Notes under the pieces: model-generated
Databases searched by the model: none
Told to the model about the DNA's origin: nothing
The model's input: only the letters and a program-made list of their open reading frames with translations
Program-made: the position numbers and the translations under genes
Part shown: one piece after another, positions 48,717 through 61,591 of the stretch
Layout: every line of letters begins with the position of its first letter
How positions within the stretch are numbered: the first letter of the stretch is position 1
Source of the DNA: Mobula hypostoma
Lineage: Eukaryota
Length of the DNA stretch: 64,000 bases
Assembly (NCBI RefSeq): GCF_963921235.1
Contig: NC_086097.1
Location: forward strand, 175,462,001 to 175,526,000
Direction of reading: 5' to 3'

Positions 48717-49413
48717 TACATTAAGTGCAATTGCACTGTGAATCCTGTGTGCAAAGAATGACTATTTGATCATTTTACATGTTCAGAAGTTTTTTTTTCA
48801 CTCTTTTGAACCTACCCAGAAAATGGATGCTTGAATTGAAAGCTTTTGAATTGGGTTTCCTTCCTTGTATTTTCTTGCCCTGACCCCGCAAGAGTCTAAC
48901 TAAAAATATTCTCCATCCTGCATTACAAGCTAATATTAAGATCTGGAACTGTTAATTTCAGGTTTAATTGTGCATACAATACCTTGGATTGGAATTACCA
49001 AATTGAGTATTTCTGAATTTCTTCAATACATGTTCACACTGTCTTTTCATTATAATGATAAGATTGTTTTTCACCTTCAACTGGCTATTTGCTCTTTGAT
49101 TTTGACAGCTAGGCTCCAAAATAAACTGTGCTGTCTGTGTTTGCAATCAGTTCAGTAATTGTTATCTTATTTTTTCTCTCTGGCAATGTTCTCATTGTGT
49201 GAGTACAGCTAATGTAAGAGATAGAAAATTGACATTGGATTTTGCTAATTTATGGCCTGTGAATAGTTGATTGGCTTTCCAATAAAGCTTGTTTAAAGAT
49301 TGTTACTAAAGTGTTGGAGAACTTGAGATTTCAAAGTCAAGAAAGAGGTGTGACTGTGCCACTAAACGATATAGTTCAGGAAATAGCATTGATGAACTTA
49401 AGTGACACAGAAG

Positions 49414-51082
49414 CGACGGAGGATGAGAGGTGACCTGATAGAGGTGTACAAGATGATGAGAGGCATTGATCGTGTGGATAGTCAGAAGCTTTTCCCAGGG
49501 CTGAAATGGCTAACACGAGAGGGCACAGTTTTAAGGTGTTTGGAAGTAGGTACAGAGGAGATGTCAGGGGTAAGTCAGCATGGATTTGTGAAAGGAAAAT
49601 CATGTCTGACGAATCTCATAGAAGTTTTTGAGGATGTAACTAGTAGAGTGGATAGGGGAGAACCAGTGGATGTGGTATATTTGGATTTTCAAAAGGCTTT
49701 TGACAAGTTCCCACACAGGAGATTAGTGTGCAAACTTAAAGCACACGGTATTGGGGGTAAGGTATTGATGTGGACAGAGAATTGGTTGGCAGACAGGAAG
49801 CAAAGAGTGGGAATAAATGGGACCTTTTCAGAATGGCAGGCAGTGACTAGTGGGACCGCAAGGCTCAGTGCTGGGACCCCAGTTGTTTACAATATATATT
49901 AATGACTTAGATGAGGGAATTAAATGCAGCATCTGCAAGTTTGCGGATGACATGAAGCTGGGCGGCAGTGTTAGCTGTGAGGAGGATGCAGGGTGACTTG
50001 GATAGGTTAGGTGAGTGGGCAAATTCATGGCAAATGCAATTTAATGTGGATAAATGTGAGGTTATCCACTTTGGTGGCAAAAACAGGATTAAACAGATTA
50101 TTATCTGAATGGTGGCCGATTAGGAAAAGGGGAGGTGCAACGAGACCTGGGTGTCATTATACACCAGTCATTGAAAGTGGGCATGCATGTACAGCAGGCA
50201 GTGAAAAAGGCGAATGGTATGCTGGCATTTATAGCAAGAGGATTCGAGTACAGGAGCAGGGAGGTACTACTGCAGTTGTACAAGGCCTTGGTGAGACCAC
50301 ACCTGGAGTATTGTGTGCAGTTTTGGTCCCCTAATCTGAGGAAAGGCATCCTTGCCATAGAGGGAGTACAAAGAAGGTTCACCAGATTGATTCCTGGGAT
50401 GGCAGGACTTTCATATGATGAAAGACTGGATGAACTAGGCTTATACTCGTTGGAATTTAGAAGATTGAGGGGGGGATCTTATTGAAACGTATAAAATCCT
50501 AAAGGGATTGGATAGGCTAGATGCAGGAAGATTGTTCCCGATGTTGGGGAAGTATAGAACAAGAGGTCACAGTTTGAGGATAAAGGGGAAGCCTTTTAGG
50601 ACCGAGATGAGGAAAAACTTCTTCACACAGAGAGTGGTGAACCTGTGGAATTCTCTGCCACAGGAAACAGTTGAGGCCAGTTCATTGGCTCTATTTTAGA
50701 GGGAGTTAGATATGGCCCTTGTGGCTAAAGGGATCAGGGGGTATGGAGGGAAGGCTGGTACAGGGTTCTGAGTTGAATGATCAGCCATGATCATACTGAA
50801 TGGCGGTGCAGGCTCGAAGGGCCGAATGGCCTACTCCTGCACCTATTTTCTATATTTCTATGTTTTACGCAGAGGGTGATGAGAGTGGGGAATGGGCTGC
50901 TGGCGATGGTGGTGGAGGCGGAAACAATAGGGTCTTTTAAGAGACTTCTGGATAAGTGTATGGAGCTTAGAAAAATAGAGGGCTATGGGTAACCCTAGGT
51001 AATTTCTGAGGTAAGTACATGTTCGGCGCAGCTTTGTGGGCCGAAGGGCCTGTATTGTGTTGTAGGTTTTCTATGTTTCTAG
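49414..51082 (+). mobile_element. Younger CR1 (~49575-50862) nested in an older CR1 3' fragment
   Basis: SQHGFVKGKSCLTNL..VYLDFQKAFDK, LVRPHLEYCVQFWSP; two separate TTTCTATG-type tails (~50850, ~51070). The older copy's ...GGGGTAAGT / TTTTACGCAGAG is split by the insert. Confidence 0.88.
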
Positions 51083-51087
51083 AAGTG

Positions 51088-51348
51088 CTGTGGCAGCATA
51101 GCAGGTAGTACAGTGCTATTATAGCTCGGGGTGGTGGAGTTCAACTCTGGCACAGTTTGTGTCCTTTCATGAGCATGTGGGATTCCTTCGGGTGCTCCAG
51201 TTTCTTCCCATAGTCCAAAAATGTACCAGTTGGTAGGTTAATTGGCCATTGTAAATTGTCTTGTGATTAGGCGTAAAATAGGTGTGTTGCTGGGTAATGC
51301 GACTCACTGGGCCTGAAGGATCTGTTCTGCACGGTATCTCTGAATAAA
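51088..51348 (+). mobile_element. V-SINE (HE1-like)
   Basis: GGAGTTCAA B-box-like and GGGTGCTCCAGTTTCTTCCCATAGTCCAAA V-domain; AATAAA end. Confidence 0.7.
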
Positions 51349-52571
51349 TGTGGGGACAGAGGGGAGATATTTGAAATCAATGGGGGAGGAGGAGGCTTGC
51401 ATGGATGATAAATGTTGATATTGACCATCTGTGCTGGTCTTTTTCTGTATTGTCAATCCTACTTGAACTTTTAAACTTTTCATAATTTTCTTTTATACAG
51501 CCATGCTTTTCCTGATGACCACAGTAGCTTAAAAAGGAGCATGCACTCAGATGGATGTAGTACATGTGTAGTTACTGCATATTGGAGGGATGGATGGGAA
51601 AGTAGGTCGTGTAGAAATTGCCCACAGCATTCAGGTAATGCTGTGAAAGGCAATGTGCAGTTTTGATGTCCGCTTGCTGGATTGTCTGGAAATTGCTTGA
51701 GAATAGGTAGTTGGTATTTGGGACTGAATAGAAGAAATACTACTTTTGGGAGATTTGGGAGTTTGTAAATTATTGAAATTTGTTGGCAAAGAGGCCTATA
51801 GGTGCTCAAGTCATAGTTTATTTAAACCTAAGGTCAAGTTTTTGAACACTGATTTATGGTGATCAAGCAGGAAGTTGGGGTTAAGTCAAGATGCTGCTGA
51901 ATGGTAGAGGAGAACGAGGGCTGTATGGGCTATTATTTATTAATAATGTTAGCTTCCAGGCATACTGGAATTTCCTAATGTGCTTCAGATTGTTCTAAGA
52001 GACAAGTGTGATAAATCCTGTGATCTAGTCCTTTGTTTCCTCAAATAGAAAATAATTCTATCAAGCAGTCAATTTGTCATATTTTAGTTTCTACAGTGCC
52101 TGAGGATATTTCAGTGACTCATTTAAAGTGCCTATAAAGCATGTCGAGACACTTCTACGTCAACGTCACAGTAAATGTAGATGTAGTTGAATGCGGAAGA
52201 TGATGTCCACAATGCTGGTGTTGCACATGGAGGAAATCTTTTTCATAACCATTGTTTTTAATGGTTTCAGTTTACTTTTGAGTAGAATCTTAAAGTTTGA
52301 TCATTTATTTGAATATTGTGTTTTGGTCTAAATGATGTTATTTATGAATGTCCATTCAACCACCAAAGTATCTTAGAAGATGATATCAAACAAAAAGTTG
52401 ACATTGTGATGTACAGGGTGATACTTGGAGATGTTCAAAACTTTGATCAAAGAATTGTTTTGAGAAGTGCCTTAACAGATGGGGGAGATGCTTAAAAAAA
52501 ACTAAGGTTTAGACACACATAAAATTTGCTGGTGAACGCAGCAGGCCAGGCGGCATCTTTAGGAAGAGGTG

Positions 52572-52609
52572 CAGTCGATGTTTCAGGCTGAGACCCTTCG
52601 TCAGGACTA
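52572..52609 (-). ncRNA. Minimal hammerhead motif (left PLE arm)
   Basis: Reverse complement TAGTC-CTGACGA-A-GGGTCTCAGCCT-GAAA-CA-TC-GACTG. Confidence 0.6.
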
Positions 52610-53330
52610 ACTGAAGGAAGAGTGAGTAAGGGATTTGAAAGTTGGAGGGGGAGGGGGAGATCCAAAATGATAGGAGAAGACAGGAGGGGGAGGGATGGAG
52701 CCAAGAGCTGGACAGGTGATAGGCAAAAGGGATACGAGAGGATCATGGGACAGGAGGTCCGGGAAGAAAGACAAGGTGGGGGGGGGGACCCAGAGGATGG
52801 GCAAGGGGTATATTCAGAGGGACAGAGGGAGAAAAAGGAGAGTGAGGGAAAGAATGTGTGTATAAAAATAAGTAACAGATGGGGTACGAGGGGGAGGTGG
52901 GGCATTAGCGGAAGTTAGAGAAGTCGATGTTCATGCCATCAGGTTGGAGGCTACCCAGACGGAATAGAAGGTGTTGTTCCTCCAACCTGAGTGGGGCTTC
53001 ATCTTTACAGTAGAGGAGGCTGTGGATAGACATGTCAGAATGAGAATGGGATGTGGAATTAAAATGTGTGGCCACTAGGAGATCCTGCTTTCTCTGGCGG
53101 ACAGAGCGTAGGTGTTCAGCAAAGCGGTCTCCCAGTCTGCGTCGGGTCTCGCCAATATATAAAAGACCACATCGGGAGCAGCGGACGCAGTATATCACCC
53201 CAGCCGACTCACAGGTGAAGTGTCGCCTCACCTGGAAGGACTGTTTGGGGCCCTGAATGGTGGTAAGGGAGGAAGTGTAAGGGCATGTGTAGCACTTGTT
53301 CCGCTTACACGGATAAGTGCCAGGAGGGAG

Positions 53331-53656
53331 ATCAGTGGGGAGGGATGGGGGGGGACAAATGGACAAGGGAGTATCAGTGGGGAGGGATGGGGGGGATGAA
53401 AGGACAAGGGAGTATCAGTGGGGAGGGATGGGGGGGATGAATGGACAAGGGAGTATCAGTGGGGAGGGATGGGGGGGACGAATGGACAAGGGAGTATCAG
53501 TGGGGAGGGATGGAGGGGACGAATGGACAAGGGAGTATCAGTGGGGAGGGATGGGGGGGACGAATGGACAAGGGAGTATCAGTGGGGAGGGATGGGGGGG
53601 ACGAATAGACAAGGGAGTATCAGTGGGGAGGGATGGGGGGGTGAATGGACAAGGGA
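53331..53656. repeat. G-rich tandem array, 8 x ~41 bp, derived from PLE internal sequence
   Basis: Unit ATCAGTGGGGAGGGATGGGGGGGACGAATGGACAAGGGAGT starts at 53331, 53373, 53414, 53455, 53496, 53537, 53578, 53619. It is the reverse complement of the PLE segment at ~3874-3914 and 53660-53700. Confidence 0.95.
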
Positions 53657-54421
53657 CAAACTCCCTTGTCCATTCGTTCCTCCCATCCCTCCCCACTGAT
53701 CTCCCTCCTGGCACTTATCTGTGTAAGCAGAACAAGTGCTACACATGCCCTTACACTTCCTCCCTTACCACCATTCAGGGCCCCAAACAGTCCTTCCAGG
53801 TGAGGCGACACTTTACCTGTGAGTCGGCTGGGGTGATATACTGCGTCCGGTGCTCCCGATGTGGCCTTTTATATATTGGCGAGACCCGACACAGACTGGG
53901 AGACCGCTTTGCTGAACACCTACGCTCTGTCCGCCAGAGAACGCAGGATCTCCCAGTGGCCACACATTTTAATTCCATGTCTCATTCCCATTCTGACATG
54001 TCTATCCACGGCCTCCTCTACTGTAAAGATGAAGCCCCACTCAGGTTGGAGGAACAACACCTTCTGTTCCGTCTGGGTAGCCTCCAACCTGATGGCATGA
54101 ACATCGACTTCTCTAACTTCCGCTAATGCCCCACCTCCCCCTCGTACCCCATCTGTTACTTATTTTTATACACACATTCTTTCCCTCACTCTCCTTTTTC
54201 TCCCTCTGTCCCTCTGAATATACCCCTTGCCCATCCTCAGGGTCCCCCCCCCCACCTTGTCTTTCTTCCCGGACCTCCTGTCCCATGATCCTCTCGTATC
54301 CCTTTTGCCTATCACCTGTCCAGCTCTTGGCTCCATCCCTCCCCCTCCTGTCTTCTCCTATCATTTTGGATCTCCCCCTCCCCCTCCAAGTTTCAAATCC
54401 CTTACTCACTCTTCCTTCAGT

Positions 54422-54459
54422 TAGTCCTGACGAAGGGTCTCGGCCTGAAATGTCGACTG
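54422..54459 (+). ncRNA. Minimal hammerhead motif (right PLE arm)
   Basis: TAGTC-CTGACGA-A-GGGT-CTCG-GCCT-GAAA-TG-TC-GACTG. Confidence 0.62.
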
Positions 54460-55279
54460 CACCTCTTCCTAGAGATGCTGCCTGGCCTGCTGTGTTCACC
54501 AGCAACTTTTATGTGTGTTGCTTGAATTTCCAGCATCTGCAGAATTCCTGTTGTTAAGGTTTAGACAAGGACTTTGAGTTTATTTTCAGCTTCCAAGGCT
54601 GATCTGATCATCTGAGAAGTGATTAAATCTGGAGATGGTCAAGATACTTTAATTTGAGGACCGGAGTTGTGTTATAGGACTGGACAAGATGAGAGCTATT
54701 ACAGGTGTCGTGGTTTCTCGTTTCTCACAAACGACAAGGAGATGCAGAAAACTCGTCAAGACGTTTTAAACTTTACTTTGCAAATCAAAGCTGAGACAAT
54801 CAGAAAGCTAGTAGCTGACTGCCCATCGAGGCTTGTATACAGCATTTTTTATAGCAATTTCCTATCTTAGCTACATTATCATATCCAGTCGGCCTGTGAT
54901 TACATATCATCAATATATCCGCTCTCGACTTTCCACTATTATTTTACTCCCCAACTTAATTATGTCCTAGTTTACATTTTAGACCATATGTCCTCTCATC
55001 CCTAACCACAGTTATTTCTTAATTAGTCTTGCGTTGACATACTGCCACATATTTCGTCACCTTACTCGCCACCGTTATCTTTCTACTTGGTTTCATTCTA
55101 GTTCTCTTCAGGAATTAATAGTGAACAGGTAAAAGTCATGGCTACATAGTGAATACCTTCTATTCAGCTAGCGGTGGTTACATAGTAAATATAGAAAATA
55201 CAATGTGTGCATTTGAGTAAATACTGTTAAGTAAATACTGCTGTAATACATAGAATATACAATGCATGCGTTTGCGTTT

Positions 55280-55490
55280 TCCAATACGGGTCAGTTAGTT
55301 TGGCCCACAAAAAAAAATCCAGCGAGTAGCTGTTCTGTGAGGGAAAACATCTCGTTAAATCCACTTGCTGGATTTTTTTTTGTTTTTGGCACCATTCTTT
55401 GTAAACTCTAGAGTCTGTTGTGTGTAAAATTCCCAGGAGATCAGCAGTTTTTGAGAAACTCAAATCACCCTGGGTGGCACCTAGTTAAAT
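55280..55490. mobile_element. Tc1-like fragment
   Basis: CACCATTCTTTGTAAACTCTAGAG..TGTTGTGTGTAAAATTCCCAGGAGATCAGCAGTTTTTGAGA; the minus strand gives SFSKTADLLGILHTTDSRVYKEW, like a Tc1 HTH. Confidence 0.6.
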
Positions 55491-56899
55491 CGCTTGTTTA
55501 TTTTGGCTTTTTTCTTAAAGGAGTGCCGGACGTGCTCCGACTAGCACTGCACCCCTGGTTATTCTGCAAGAAGCAGTTGTAGCCAGGTGAAAATTCCAAC
55601 CCACGTGGGAATTTATTGTGTTGTACTTTGATCTATTCGTGAAATTGGCAATCTAAAATAAGACTGAGATTAAAACTGCACTTATAAAATTGAAGCTCTG
55701 TAGTAGGAAAGCAAGATCCATCATCAGAGATCCCCACCGATTAGGTCTTGCTCTTTTTTTTGCTGCTGCCATCAGGTAGAAGGTAGGAGAACCTCAGGAC
55801 TTGCACCACTAGATGAAGAACAGTTACTATCACTCGACTATCAGGTTCTTGGATAAAAGGGGATAATTATACTCCCTTGCCCCATCATTGAAATGTTCCT
55901 TCAACCAATGATTTCATTTAAGGACTCTTTATCTCATTATCTGATCCCATAATTTATTGCTATTTATTCATATTTCCACGTGTAGTTTGTTGTCTTCTAC
56001 ACTGGTTGATCTTCCATTGATCCTGTTATAGTTACTGTTCTACAGAGTTGCTGAGCCTGTCCGCAGGAAAATTGAATCTCAGGGTTGTATATAAATGACA
56101 TATATATACTTTGATAATAAAATTTACTTTGAGCTTTGAAATTGAAGTTTCCTAATGCCAGGGTAGATAATGGCCACAGATGAAGTGCTGTGCTACCCAA
56201 CGAAGATCTTTAAGCAACTTAGTGTTTTGCACCAATAAGTAGCTGTTACGGCATAGGGTGTCCAAGAGAAACTGCATGAAGCAAAGTCCTCATTTGTCAT
56301 GGGGAAATGTTTGAAGTTAGTACAAAGATGGAACAACATTTCACTTTTGGGAGAGAAAAAAAATCAACAGTGAGGCAAAGTCAATATGGTTTTGTGAAAG
56401 GAAATGCTTGATAAATTTATTCTTTTATTTAAAGTGATTGTTGTAGAAGAGAAATTGGAATTCAAGATGTTCATCTGGTGACAGATCAAAGGTTAATGCA
56501 GAAAATGTAAGCTCATGTCATAATAGGTAACGGTATTTGTTGGCCATTAAGTATCAGAATGCATAATGACCTTTTTATCTAGTTGGCAAAATGTACTGAG
56601 TGCTCTTGGGCTGGGGCCTCAACTTTTTATAATTTATATAAATGATTAGGATGAAGGAACTGAAGGCATTGTTGCTAAATATGCTGATGACTCAAATGGT
56701 GTCATGAAATTATAATGTGACGAGAGCTAGAAGAGACCAAAAACATTGGTTAAGTGATGAAGCAAAGATCTGACAAATGGAGTACAGTTTTGGGAAATGT
56801 GAAATTGTTTCAACAGGAATAATAAAAACGTACAAGGTAGTTAGCTGAGCTCTGAGATTCTCTGTATGCTTACATAATTCATTAAAGGAATGCATACAA

Positions 56900-57751
56900 A
56901 TACTGCTTTGACATTGACTGGAATGTCTTCCATGATGAGGATGTCTGAGTTCACGAATGGGGTCAGAAGTTTCATCCAGAAGAGTATCTAGGATGTTGTC
57001 CCCCAGAGATTGGTCAGGGTCTATTCAAACCAGAAACCCCAAAGCAACAATTCCGTGCAAGAAGCAGTTATTGTGCGACACAGAGATTATGTTGCCGGTA
57101 ATTAGCAGGAGCTCAAGAAATGCAGCAACGATCTACGCAAAGTCATCAAGGTGGTGAAACAATAATACAGGGACAAGATCCATACACAACTCTCTACCAA
57201 CAACACATGCAGTTTATGGCAAGGTCTGCACACCATCGCCGACTTCAAAGCTAAACACAGTGGAGTTTCCAACATCACTACCTCTCTCCCAGACGAGCTA
57301 AATCTTTTTTGCGCTCGAATCAATGTCGCCAATACTGAGCCCCAAAGGAGACCTGCAGATGATGCGACCGGCAGCTTGGTCATTTATGAGGCCGAAGTAT
57401 GAATGTTTTTCCACTGATGGACAGTCACAAGGCTGTGGGACCAGACATCATCCCAGGCTGGGTACTCGGGATGTGCGTGGCGCAACTGGCAGGTGTATTT
57501 ACAGACACTTTTAATCTCTCCTTCTCCCAGTGTAGAGTGCTCTCCTGCTTCAAAACATCCACCATTGTTCCGGTACCTAAAAAGACTAAGGTAACATGTC
57601 TGAACGACTGGTGTCCTGTCACACTCACCTCAATAATAAGCAAATGCTTTGAGAGATTGGTTAAGGACCTCATCTGCAGCATGCTGCCACCCACACTGGA
57701 CCCCCTACAATTTGCCTACTGACAAAATCAATTAACAGATGATGCAATAGC
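56900..57751 (+). mobile_element. Rex1/Babar LINE internal fragment
   Basis: KAVGPDIIPGWVL..CVAQLAGVFTDTFNLS..KKTKVTCLNDWCPVTLTSIISKCFERLV..LDPLQFAY. Confidence 0.85.
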
Positions 57752-59090
57752 CAGAACTGTCCCAGAGCCTGTTGGTCCTGGCTTTTGTGCTGCGGTACCG
57801 TTTCCTGGATGATAGCTGGAACAGTTTGTGGTTGGGGTGACTCTGGTCCCAAATGATCCTTCGGGCCCTTTTTTTTTTACACACCTGTCTTTGTAAATGT
57901 TCTGAATAGTGGGAAGTTCACATCTACAGTTGCACAGGGCTGTCCGCACCACTCTCTGCAGAGTCCTGCGATTGAGGGAATTACAGTTCCCATACCAGGC
58001 AGTGATGCAGCCAGTCAGGATGCTCTCAATTGTGCCCCTGTAGAAAGTTCTTAGAATTTGGGGGCCCATACCAAACTTCAACTGTCTGGGGTGAAAGAGG
58101 CGCTGTGGTGCCTTTTTCACCACACGGCCAGTACGTACAGACCACGTGAGATCCTCGGTGATGTTTATGCCGAGGAACTTAAAGCTGTTCACCCTCTCAA
58201 CCCCAGATTCATTGATGTCAACGGGTTAGCCTGTCTCCATTCCTCCTGTAGTCCACAACCAGCTGCTTTGTTTTTGCTTTGTTTTTGTGACATTGAGGAA
58301 GAGGTTGTTTTCTTGACACCACTATGTCAGGGTGATGACATCATCTCTGTGAGCTGCCTCATTATTATTTGAGATTAGGCCAATCAATGTAGTGTTGTCA
58401 GCAAATTTAATTAGCAGATTGGAGCTGTGGGTGACGACACAGATATGGGTATACAGAGGGTAAAGGAGGGGGCTTAGGGCACAGTCTTGAGCTACACCTG
58501 TGAGGGTCAGAGGGGCAGAGGTGAGAGAGCCCACTCTTGCCACCTGCTGGCGATCTGACAGGTATCCGGGATCCAGCTACACAAGGCAGGGTGAAGGCCG
58601 AGGTCTCTGAGGTTCTTGTCGAGGCTGGAGGGAATTATGGTGTTGAATGCTGAACTGTAGTCCAAGAACAGCATTCTTACATAAGCATCCTTCTCCAGAT
58701 GTGTAAGGATGGTGTGTATAGTTGTGGCTACTGCGTCATCTGTCGATCAGTTGTGTCGGTGGGTGAATTGTAGGGGGTCCAGTGTGGGTGGCAGCATGCT
58801 GCAGATGTAGTCCTTAACCAACCTCTCAAAGCATTTGCTTATTATTGAGGTGAGTGTGACAGGACACCAGTCATTCAGACATGTTACCTTGGTCTTTTTG
58901 GGTACAGGAACAATGGTGATGTTTTGAAGCAGGAAGGCACTCTACACTGGGAGAGGCAGAGATTAAAAATGTCTGTAAACACACCTGCCAGTTGTGCTGC
59001 ACACACTCCAAGTACCCGCCCTGGGATGCCATCTAGTCCCGCAGCTTTGCGACTGTCCACTCGTTGTAAACACCTGCGTACTTTGGACAA
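57752..59090 (-). mobile_element. Rex1/Babar LINE, opposite orientation, same family as 56900-57751 and 19258-20172
   Basis: KAAGLDGIPGRVL, KFADNTTLIGLISNNNEAA, SFKFLGINITEDLTWS, FYRGTIESILTGCITAWYGN. Confidence 0.88.
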
Positions 59091-59791
59091 ATTAAATACC
59101 AGCCCAGATGGACTGCTAAGGTAGATTGTTAGGTCTGGAAGCTAGGGCCGGGGTGATTTTGCTCACTCTCTGCGTGACATTCACTTGCCCTCCTCGATGC
59201 TGAGGCTGTGAGACTGCTCTGGTTGTTCATGTCTGTGAGCTTTGCGGCGATTTGCCCTGCTAATATGATGAATTAAAGCTGAGGCTTCGGGCCTACACTG
59301 GCTGTTCCAATATTTTGGATTGGTGGACTCAATTTAGTTTGGAATGCTTGCTTTTATTGTTTGGATAATTTGTATTTTTTTCCCCTGTAAGCACACGAGG
59401 TTGTATAATTTATACATTGAATGTAATTTGAATCCCTTGGACTTTAAAAGCTATGAGGAAAAGGAAGAACAGGATTGAGGAGATAATAAATCAGCCACGA
59501 TAGAATGTTGGAGCAGATTCAATGGGCTGAATGGTCCGATGTCTCATGGTCCTATGGAAGTTTACTGGGAATAGGCAAGAATGTGAAGTTCAGGCACGTG
59601 TCATCCTTTTTAAATGTCAGAACAAGATCAAGGGCTGAGCAGTCTAATCCTTACTAATATGTTCTTGCATTACAAATTCTTGTGCTATGCAAGGGCAGGT
59701 TAACTAATGGTTTTCATTAAATGCATCAGCATCATTTGAGGGGCAAGAATGCTTATTTTGCTGTACTAAATTTTAAACCTGATGTGAGTTG

Positions 59792-61591
59792 CAGTGACTA
59801 TAAAAAGTATTCCCTCCCCTCCCCCTGGAAATTTTCATGTTTTATTGTTTTACAATGTTGAATAGCAATAGACAATAATAGACGATAGACAATAGGTGCA
59901 GGAGTAGGCCATTCGCTCATCGAGCCAGCACCGCCATTCACTGTGATCATGGCTGATCATCCACAATCAGTATCCAGTTCCTGCCTTATCCCCATAACCT
60001 TTGATTCCGCTATTTTTAAGAGCTCTATCCATCTCTTTCTTGAAAGCATCCAGAGACTTGGCCTCCACAGCCTTCTGGGGCAGAGCATTCCATACATCCA
60101 CCACTCTCTGGGTGAAAAAGTTTTTCCTCAGCTCTGTTCTAAATGGCCTACCCCTTATTCTTAAACTGTGGCCTCTGGTTCTGGACTCACCCATCAGCAG
60201 GAACATGCTTCCTGCCTCCAGCATGTCCAATCCCTTAATAATCTTATACGTTTCAAAAAGCCTTCTAAATTCCAGAGTATACAAGCCCAGTCGCTCCAAT
60301 GTTTCAACATATGACAGTCCTGCCATCCTGGGAATTAACCTTGTGAACCTACGCTGCACTCCCTCAATAGCAAGAATGTCCTTCCTCAAATTTGGAGACC
60401 AAAACTGCACACAGTACTCCAGGTGTGGTCTCACCAGGGCCTTGTACAGCTGCAAAAGGACCTCTTTGCTCTTATGCTCAATTCCCCTTGTTATGAAGGC
60501 CAGCATGCCATTAGCTTTCTTCACTGCCTGCTGTACTTGCATGCTTGCTTTCAGTGACTGATGTACAAGAACACCTAGATCTTGTTGTACTTCCCCTTTT
60601 CCTAACTTGACTCCATTTAGATAATAATCTGCCTTCCCGTTCTTACCACCAAAGTGGATAACCTCACATTTATCCACATTAAACTGCATCTGTCATGCAT
60701 CTGCCCACTCACCCAGCCTGTCCAAGTCACCCTGCATTCTCATAACATCCTCCTCACATTTCACACTGCCACCTATCTTTGTGTCATTGTCAAATTTGCT
60801 AATGTTACTATTAATTCCCTCATATAAATCATTAATATATATTGTAAAAAGCTGCGGTCCCAGCACTGAACCCTGCGGTACCCCACTGGCTGCCTGCCAT
60901 TCCGAAAGGGACCCGTTAATCGCTACTGTTTGTTTTCTGTCAGCCAGCCAATTTTCAATCCATGTCAGTACTCTGCCCCCAATACCATGTGCCCTAATTT
61001 TGCCCACTAATCTCCCATGTGGGACTTTATCAAAGGCTTTCTGAAAGTCCAGTTACACTACATCCACTGGCTCTCCCTTGTCCATTTTCATAGTTACATC
61101 CTCAAAAAATTCCAGAAGATTAGTCCATGCTGACTCGGACCAATCCTGTTACTGCTATCCAGATGTGTTGTAATTTCGTCTGTTATAATTGACTCCAGCA
61201 TATTTCCCACCACCGACGTCAGGCTCACCGGTCTATAGTTCCTTGTTTTCTCTCTTCCTCCCTTCTTGAAGAGAGGAATTTATTTAATGGGGAGAAATTG
61301 CAGTGTCCAGATTTGCAAAGCTGATAGAGAGTGATCCACACGGACTCAAGCCTGTAATTGCTGCTAAAGGTGCATTTACTAAGTACTGACTTGAAGGGGG
61401 TAATTATGCAATCAGTTATTTTGTGTTTAATTGTTATAAATTTAGACCAATTTATAGAAATTTGTTTTAACTTTGACATAAGAGTCTTCTGTTCATCAGT
61501 GTCAAAAAAGCCAAATTAAATCCTCTGATTCACTGTTGTAAAACATGAAAACTCTCTTGGGGTAGTGGTGTGAATACTTTTTATAGGCATC
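59792..61591 (+). mobile_element. Deleted Tc1-like element (same family as 46384-48716) interrupted by a CR1
   Basis: Left end CAGTGACTATAAAAAGTATTC; right end GAATACTTTTTATAGGCA; transposase C-terminus (AVIAAKGAFTKY*-like) near 61350-61390. Confidence 0.75.
59862..61272 (-). mobile_element. Relatively young CR1 LINE (RT C-terminus and 3' tail)
   Basis: ORFs 60693-61007 ([14 protein letters not shown]) and 59967-60689 (MQFNVDKCEVIHFG...LVRPHLEYCVQFWSP); TCTATTG-type tail. Confidence 0.92.

Larger units (their letters stand above)
52516..54554. mobile_element. Single inverted (head-to-head) PLE insertion: two GIY-YIG/3' arms around a tandem array
   Basis: Minus arm ~52516-53372 and plus arm ~53660-54554 are near-identical reverse complements; direct repeat TAAGGTTTAGACA at 52503-52515 and 54555-54567. 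Confidence 0.92.

Noticed and set aside
53331..53656. CRISPR-like array
   Set aside because: The units are contiguous with no unique spacers, the context is eukaryotic, and the unit derives from the PLE itself.
53317..54126. 269-aa ORF with Gly-rich repeats fused to a GIY-YIG domain, as a novel protein
   Set aside because: It is a by-product of the stop-free 41-bp array running into the right PLE arm; it starts at GTG and has no promoter or splice evidence.
54706..55110. Possible second solo LTR (starts TGTCG, minus-strand TATA-like and AGTAAA signals)
   Set aside because: I could not find a convincing CA end with a matching TSD, so it is left uncalled.
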